Of a stretch of DNA of 64,000 bases, positions 59,101 through 64,000 are shown piece after piece. Numbering within the stretch: position 1 is the stretch's first letter; every line of letters begins with the position of its first letter. A model generated the notes under the pieces. The model did not search any database. It was not told the origin of the DNA and was given only the letters and a program-made list of their open reading frames with translations. This DNA comes from Owenia fusiformis (Eukaryota): the NCBI GenBank assembly GCA_903813345.2, contig CAIIXF020000001.1, positions 44,268,001 to 44,332,000 of the forward strand, in the 5' to 3' direction. The position numbers were made by a program, and so were the translations under genes.

Positions 59101-62100
59101 GTAATACTGAGTTGGAAAGACTTCATAATAAATTCAATAAAATCTATAGATCTTGAGTAGTTCTTCTATAGTATAGGTTATTTTTTGACAACTTGGACAC
59201 AATACCACAATTTTTGCTATTTTGTAATAATGTACAACCATATATGTAGTGATAATAGTCTACAAAATACTGCGATTATGGAATTGATGGGTTGACACTT
59301 AAAACATTTAAATGTCATATGAAAATTGAGTTTTAGTGAAGGGAATCAATTATTTAATATGATTTGTCTTTGAGAATGAAATTGTAGCATGGGGCAATTG
59401 TAATCAGCTGTTTTAGCCAGTTATTTATCCTATTATTAACTTATTAAAATCCAAATCATGCAAGCGTACAAGGAAAACAAACACAAACTCTAGAAAAAAC
59501 ACAAACCTGTTTGCTGACAATTGTGTACATTTTATGGGCATAAAAAGGGATGACATACCAATTTGCAGTGATAACAAATACATATCTATACATTTTATAC
59601 CATATATTTAAACATGGCTATTATTCAAGGGTAAAAAATAAGAAAATAGGCAATATATGCCAAAGTAATCAATAACACTGTCAATTTTGACGCATGTCAA
59701 ATTATTCGTCGTTTCAACTGATTCTGATTGAACAAAATGCGATGGTACTTTCAGACCCTTATGATTGCAATTTGGATGTGTTTGTTTTTTCTGATTTACT
59801 CAAAATCGTGCAAGCAAGGGGACGCAAAACAAAGAATCTACTTTCTATGGCCTTACCTCAATTCTCAATACAGCAACATCCATGTTGGCCCAGACATTTT
59901 CCAGTCCCCACCAGAATTCTCCTTCCAGGTCTCCAAAGCCTTTGGAATAATCTCTCCATGGTCGATCAAAGTCTAATGATCCATCAGTGCGAGTTTGAAT
60001 AACTGTCCAATCTCCTTCAGCATCAAAATAACAGCGCATCTTTACAGCAGGAAACTTTGGGTCAAGTTGAATGTTATAAACACCTAAAAACAATACAAAG
60101 TTAGATGCCCGTCCAAAGAAACAGTTTGCAAAAAGTCTCGTAGAAAATGAGGCATATTAAATTTCATCAAAAAACTGTTGCAATGGTGATCACCTTCATG
60201 TTTTGTATAGCGTGGTATCTTCAGTGCTTGTCTTACTGCTGTGCAGCTCTCTTGTACCGGACGCACCTTTATTTCTACCTGTCCTAGTGGCAACATCATT
60301 TGCCTTTTCCAGTTATACCACCAGATACCTTCCAAATATAATGTGGTCATTTCGTTAAGGTGTTTTAAATCCCATCAAAATCATTAACAATATATATTTC
60401 ATAGGGTTAAAAAATTTAGACAAATGTGTAGTTTTGGTAAAACAGTTGTTGAAAGGAGTGTCTGTGTCAGTGTATTTATTAAAGTTTATTACCGATAAAT
60501 CTCAATATACATATCCTACCTTTGGTGAAAGAATAGTCTTTATTTTGAGTCTTCTTTCTCCTCTTTATATAAGGATTGTCATCTTCATTATGGCCATTTA
60601 CATTCAAATCTGTACAGTTTGTGTACCACATCCCTCCTCCAAACATCTCAGCACAATTTGCATTCACAGCATAATCGTTATCTTCATCATAAGTACTGAA
60701 TCTTGCACAAGGGGGATCAAATTTACTCAGGCCCAAAGGATCAAACCCATCTATGATATTTGCACAAAGTTCATATTCGTTGGCTTCATTTTTAATAGTT
60801 ACCCCATTATAAATTGCACTTCTGTAACGCTCATTTATATACCCACGTAGCGTTTTGGTCCATGCCTCAATCATCATCATCATTGGTGTTGTTTGGTTTT
60901 GAAATATGTCAAATATGTTGTCGTTTCCCAACCAGAAGCTATTTCCATCTTGGAAACCAGTTTTGTACTTTTTCCAGTTGCGATTCATTGATGTTGTTCC
61001 GTCATTTCTCTGAATAACTGTCCAGCCTCCAAACTTGCCATTTGCATCTGGTTGATCACAATAAACTTTGATTTTCTCTTTGGTATTGTTCAAGCGGGGT
61101 GCAATTATATACCAACCTATAAAAAGGAATTAAGGTACATTTTGATTAATTTTTATGGATCTATAGTCAGCTATTTTCACTAAAAAATGTACTTCATTTT
61201 CAGATATGGTATCTAGTTTTGGAAGAAGGATGTTCATTTGGGCAGGGAAATTAAGATTCCATTCATGAATTTTAGAACTGTTTATTTACAAGTACATGTA
61301 AATTAAATCAATGACAAATTGATATTTTCAAAGGTCATTATGTCGTGAGGGGTTGCTTAAACCAGAAGCCATAATAAAATTAACTTGTTTTTCCACAACT
61401 TTCAACATTTCGACACCATTGTTTACCTTTATCCATGAAGTTATTGCCAATATTTGCTAAAACCTCCAAGCAATCCTTAGAGTTGAACTTCCCATCAGGG
61501 ATGTACTTTAATGCCTTCACTTCTTTATGTGTTAACTTGAAAGCATCCTTTGTGATATATTGACTTGAGTCAGCCACATTGGCAGATTTCTGTTTGGTGC
61601 CACCATCACCTAATATAGAACCAATATGGGCTTGTTTGAAATATGCAGATTCTATTAACATGCCAGAAAAATAGTGCAAATTACTTGACATGATGTCAAG
61701 GTTACTGGTCAGTATCAAGGGAAGGTAGTGGTCGTAACCTTCGCATATAAGATGGTGGACGCTAATTGTCGATTGATTTCGATATTTTTAGTTTTCATTA
61801 CTCTCTGGTTGACATTATGCTTTGATATTTGAACCAAATCAGGCCTATATGACATGGGAACTATGGAGTATGATAGTTTGTTCATACATCATGCATGGGC
61901 ACCACAGTTCAATGGTATCTTCCACCACTTAGGGAAGGTAACTGGAAATGTAAGATTCAGTGACGGTCATGTTAGTTTTCAATACGCTGTAACTGGACAT
62001 CCTAGCTCTCCATTATAAACTCTCATAACGTTACTGCATCACCGCATATCAGTGATCTTATCATCTGTAAAACCGAAATCTCAGTTACCTTCCTTTAAGT

Positions 62101-64000
62101 GGTGGAAGATATCGTTGAGCTGTGGTGCCGACACATGATATATGAACAAATGGTCATATTCCAGAGTCTCCATGTTATGTAAGTCAGATTTAGTTCAAAT
62201 ATCAAAGCATTATGTCAACTATAAAGTAGTTTAATTCAATGAAAACTAAAAATATCGAAATCGACACTTCCCGTCTGCTATCTTTGATGCGAAGGGGACG
62301 TCAGTTACCTTCGCTTGATACTGACCAGTGAAGGTTTCAATCATGGAAGAAACAAGAAGGTGCAGATTGTACTAACATATTTTATTTATACATCAAAGAC
62401 AAGTTTTTAAGCTCACATGGTGAGTTTATAGAAATTGAATTGTCCACTCTATTTGATAGTTCATAAACTAATGTCCTAAAAATGCCCAAAAATGCATGTA
62501 GATACTTAACTTTATTTGTCTTTAATTTTGGTGCTACTTAATTTGGCAATTTTGTGTTTTTGGGCCTATTGGAGTCTATTTAATTTGGCGATTGTTTTCA
62601 ATTTGATTTAAAGTACTCACCTCTGTGTATCAGAAGCAGGATCCAGATCAGCACAATGCCCTGCATCTTAGATTATATGTGTTGGTACCTTGATCACTAT
62701 TATAATGAATGCCAGTGTATGAACATAGTTCTGGGACAAAATGTTTATACTTCTCTGCCAAAACAGTGAAGATTTCAATGCCAGTATGAAACAAGAAACA
62801 AAGAAATTTGATAACCCCAAAAGTCTGCCCTTCTCTGTCAAAACTATTATATACAGAACAATGTGTATTCCAGTGCCTCTGATAAATGATATTATATCAA
62901 AACTAGAAACAAAGCAATTTGATAACCCAGAATGTAATCAAATCACATCTGGATTGAAAAATAACAACTTAACTAATTGGTTGAAGCTTCCTTACCCAGA
63001 ACATGAGATTCACAAAATGGTCAACTGAATCAACCAATCAGCATAGAACGATTTCAAGTAGAGAATTGATCATGTTGGGAGAAGTGTTTTGTATTTGTAA
63101 TCAAAACCTTTCTTTGTTATGGTTGTTTTAGAACAAGGTCACAAATTATGAATTATAGTGCATGTTGACCCACTGTACAAATCATTCCCTGTTCTGCAAA
63201 TCTAGTATTTATCATGACCCCCCCCCCCCCCCAGGTTTCTATAGGCTTCAATGGAAAATGGCCCTTTTAAAAAAATTAGATTCTCGTAATATTCATTTCA
63301 GGGCCCTTGACAGTTTCCAAGTCCATACTTGCTATTATTTCTTATTTCCTACATTCTTCATGTTTATGTTTTCTTTGTTGTTTCAGGATGGACACTACCC
63401 TTGTTGACTTCAATGATATGAAGTGGGAGCGAGGAGACATCAGTTTCATATTTAATGGTGAAAAGAAGCCCTCCCATTCTCTAAAAGTACTGGATAATAA
63501 AACCAGAGTCTATCAACGAGTGCGACAAGAGGTTAGTTTAAGTTATCTTCATTTATTTGAAACAAAAAGTTTCCCCATCATTACATAGGTTTGGTGTTTT
63601 GGACTTCGATGATAAAAAACTGAAATTTATTGTTTAACTAGTTTGGAAATGGAATTGATATAACTTTGGAATTGGAATTCATTTGTTTAAATTGCTGCTG
63701 TATACAAAATGAGCATTAAATATTACATTTAACTTCATGTAAAAGAAAAAGTAGTTTGCGAAGTTGATGACCACATAACACCAGTGGTCCAGTGGTTACA
63801 TCCTTTGTCTGCTAAAGACATGCACAAAGGATCAGAGCTCCATCACATTTAGATGTCTCCCTTGAGAAGATTACCATCCCCCAGTTTTTCATTTCCACAG
63901 AGTGCTGACAGAATAAACCTTGGAGTTTTAGAATCTTGAATTTGTGTATTTTGGGCTATATTTCTAGGATACAGAAGCTGAAATTGAGGAAGAGGTTGAT
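35197..64000 (+). CDS. ANKRD13C: Ankyrin repeat domain-containing protein 13C, 3'-incomplete; exons 35197-35299, 37975-38016, 39022-39126, 56554-56685, 57206-57272, 63387-63531, 63968->64000
   Basis: MAEEFPLHESIFRGD..QKDKHGNTPLHLAIMLGHKECVHLLLAHNAPVKVKNAQ..PLAEAISYGDRQ..LGDFYLELKWDFQSWLPLVSRILPSD..RMDTTLVDF..ERGDISFIFNG..EIEEEVD. Splice phases are consistent. Confidence 0.93.
35711..36716. mobile_element. Short G-tract MITE (GCCCGTAGCCA termini, 5-bp TSD TGGCT; hAT5-like) interrupted by a second element
   Basis: TGGCT|AAGGCCCGTAGCCA ... TGGCTACGGGCATG|TGGCT. Confidence 0.6.
35728..36520. mobile_element. 793-bp non-autonomous element with 10-bp TSD GTAGCCAGGG and subterminal hairpins
   Basis: Exact TSD at 35718-35727 and 36521-36530. 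Short imperfect TIR (TAGTATGTATCC / GGATACAGTCCA). Hairpins AACAGACCGAATA..TATTCGGTCTGTT and GTCTGAATA..TATTCAGAC. Confidence 0.82.
37770..37838 (-). mobile_element. tRNA-derived SINE head / tRNA pseudogene
   Basis: Minus strand GGTCCTATAGCTCAGTGGTAGAG (A box) ... GGGTATAATCCC (degenerate B box); the acceptor stem is broken. Confidence 0.55.
38192..38791. mobile_element. 600-bp fold-back MITE with TTAA TSD (Kolobok-like)
   Basis: TTAA|AGGAATATTCCTTGCCA ... TGGCAAGGAATATTCCT|TTAA, with diverged arms of about 200 bp. Confidence 0.8.
41823..41969. mobile_element. 147-bp MITE, CAGGGGTTTCA TIR, 5-bp TSD TCATA (hAT5-like)
   Basis: TCATA|CAGGGGTTTCA ... TGAAACCCCTG|TCATA. Confidence 0.7.
42075..42352 (+). 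mobile_element. Possible degenerate tRNA-derived SINE
   Basis: A-box-like TGGCTCATTGG, B-box-like GCTTTGATTCC, GC-richer body, ending AATAAATC. Confidence 0.35.
43247..43413. mobile_element. Short MITE (Harbinger-like TIR)
   Basis: CAGTCACATTTGATC / GATCAAATGTGACTG is a perfect 15-bp IR, extending imperfectly to about 40 bp. Confidence 0.6.
43738..44065. repeat. ~125-bp tandem duplication; first unit carries a 66-bp retroposed insert (43791-43856) with 14-bp TSD
   Basis: TSD ATTCGTGGAGAAGT at 43777-43790 and 43857-43870. The second unit (43943-44065) shows the empty site. Confidence 0.8.
47015..47569 (+). CDS. LINE ORF1 fragment, SGNH/GDSL esterase-like domain
   Basis: Block II SGCT, block III GTNN, block V DRLHFNPTG. 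Block I (GDS) is absent, so it is probably 5'-truncated. Confidence 0.7.
   Translation: MDNNTHRLSSVTGSIYSGCTIDFATKSMQQGDLKQSTDFKFLGFGTNNVKTDDPQDMVYELKNLLLTASNKHPQTKLILCGIHHRGDSDNPKIVAEWNTKIDYVNKEMRSFCTRKGHGFVDINAVNNSTVDNPCMRVLFNDRLHFNPTGRSRLVDAMLSIMNGKRPTTYAQAVNPTKTWHSAKF
47827..51339 (+). CDS. LINE ORF2: APE endonuclease + reverse transcriptase + C-terminal Cys/His motif (uninterrupted)
   Basis: WNI, LCETW, GDMNAR, IDY, SDH; KSAGIDG, NYRGI, DFRKAFD, GVLQGSVLS, WADD, YKYLG; RLSSHRL..ESGR..CNIC..EDEFHFIINC. Confidence 0.95.
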   Translation: MSILLWNINKISDKLHDGEDIQKWFNNFQIILLCETWLSPESEIAFENYTCYNLARNPKNVLKGHYSGGLAVLISDVYGKNGIEILSQSHDFFVWIKFNSNHFNITEDLYLCFVYLPFKGSSYEFVTGCSNIDILEKSLAYYQTLGRTIICGDMNARTAQLSDSNINIPGSNGDIPILLDDTLYNLQDVNEVLVSNRISMDKNVKAVSQTHGREFLSLCKTANMKILNGRLYQDKNLGKFTCYRNVTHKSNTDLNLGKSVIDYVAAQSNIIPLFSDFKVHDRRVESDHAPLHFSLSLKRDIENQSKSSNIQSEPLNIKTYKSYKWDHKKKNEFKQKLTDNTSIDLLTSFYTELGCNDTGSDELVNKLLNVIHYASNNTFQFKQLKTKKMHTFPINSWFNDECKSLKKQVHEAIKHKFSDDLINSLTKQYNQTKQREKRKFKAGMLDSLIQNKSKYSTDFWKLINAMPGNKIKQMPVPPKDLFNFFKSLSKPPNIEYFDDNALKEMNQYVINYQVCPEDKNLQLCHDTVNMKITQAEIQRALKRVNTNKSAGIDGIPSNIIKNCKSLISDFTSLFNAIFEKGEYPSDWSIGMLSALYKQGSRFQADNYRGINVLACIGNLFDSVIQNRLVFNAEVQNSPDPLQGAYKENRRTTDNIFILQTLINKFKQHKKPLYTCMIDFRKAFDYIDRSVLLYKLCKSGIHPQTKMYKIIESMYSKSKSCLKLENGVTETFDTEIGVLQGSVLSTFLFNHFIDDLNEILPPRCGVTLNDANFNHLLWADDLVLVSESHNGLQLLLDSLFAFCKINRLIVNTLKTKVLIFNSKYSDPFTFNNQEIERVNKYKYLGVILTDSNKFDINTAYLKEQSRKAIFKIKQQYKKFNDVPPDVALHLFDSLVSPILCYGCEIWYDKKQMKSIETLHLSFLKSILGVKTQTANPAVYGDLGRFPLSIKIELSLIKYWLRLIKLPESNILNQAYLYGQEKHELGFKSWSGKVYDILHKCELTEYWDDQSQNTDNLVNLVDKKLKNAFINNWRNDILQYPILRTYKLFKKDFELEPYLKLDNKKYRLAIGRFRLSSHRLKIESGRHIKPKPKPVNERLCNICKCVEDEFHFIINCTKHSQHRQIFFSKISEILPTFDLNSNDIFINIISNDNIIFQRHLGKFIYHSFNNLE
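53663..54976. mobile_element. 1314-bp young fold-back element, CAC termini, 5-bp TSD TATAT (Transib-like)
   Basis: TATAT|CACGGGGTGCCATCGAATA ... TATTCGATGGCACCCCGTG|TATAT. Near-identical arms of about 480 bp explain the mirror-image ORFs at 53523 and 54787. Confidence 0.9.
57874..61691 (-). CDS. Nested fibrinogen-related protein with two FReD domains; exons 61691-61427, 61116-60520, 60328-60194, 60083-59857, then 58915-58433 (5A) or 58386-57874 (5B)
   Basis: Domain 1: KDC, VYCD, GGWTVIQR.DG, W..YK.GF, FWLGND, FSTYDEDND, GGMWY..C...NVNG, GIWWYNW. Domain 2: WTVIQTRTDGSLDFDR.W.DY..GFGD..GEFWWGLE, FSTND, GGWWY. GT-AG phases are consistent; the start is uncertain. Confidence 0.8.
61703..62330. 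mobile_element. 628-bp fold-back element, 5-bp TSD AAGGT (Transib-like), at the 5' end of the FReD gene
   Basis: AAGGT|TACTGGTCAGTATCAAG ... CTTGATACTGACCAGTG|AAGGT, with long imperfect arms. Confidence 0.82.

Noticed and set aside
60434..61017. Plus-strand ORFs (138 aa, 67 aa) as ANKRD13C exons
   Set aside because: They are antisense shadows of the FReD exons; ANKRD13C reads continuously from 57272 to 63387 without them.

Overview
AT-rich, intron-containing animal genomic DNA, probably a marine invertebrate (lophotrochozoan-like repeat landscape; inference). I rebuilt five spliced protein genes by hand. (1) A TEX49/SPMIP11-like sperm microtubule inner protein (-) lies head-to-head with (2) chaperonin subunit CCT5 (+, 10 exons). 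(3) Cystathionine gamma-lyase CTH (-) lies head-to-head with (4) ANKRD13C (+, runs off the window). (5) A two-domain fibrinogen-related (FReD) gene is nested antisense in ANKRD13C intron 5; it has two tandem paralogous versions of its last exon, which look like swappable C-terminal halves. CCT5 introns hold at least 8 snoRNA copies of 3 families (4 SNORA15-like, 2 SNORA23-like, 2 C/D box). Mobile DNA includes a full-length but disabled DIRS tyrosine-recombinase retrotransposon (ITRs plus ICR) nested in an older TIR element, an RTE-X-like LINE with an intact ORF2 that has no AUG start, and many fold-back MITEs (TTAA, 5-bp and 9/10-bp TSD classes). There is also a near-perfect 1.24-kb tandem duplication. 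Family names come from motif recognition and memory, not database searches.
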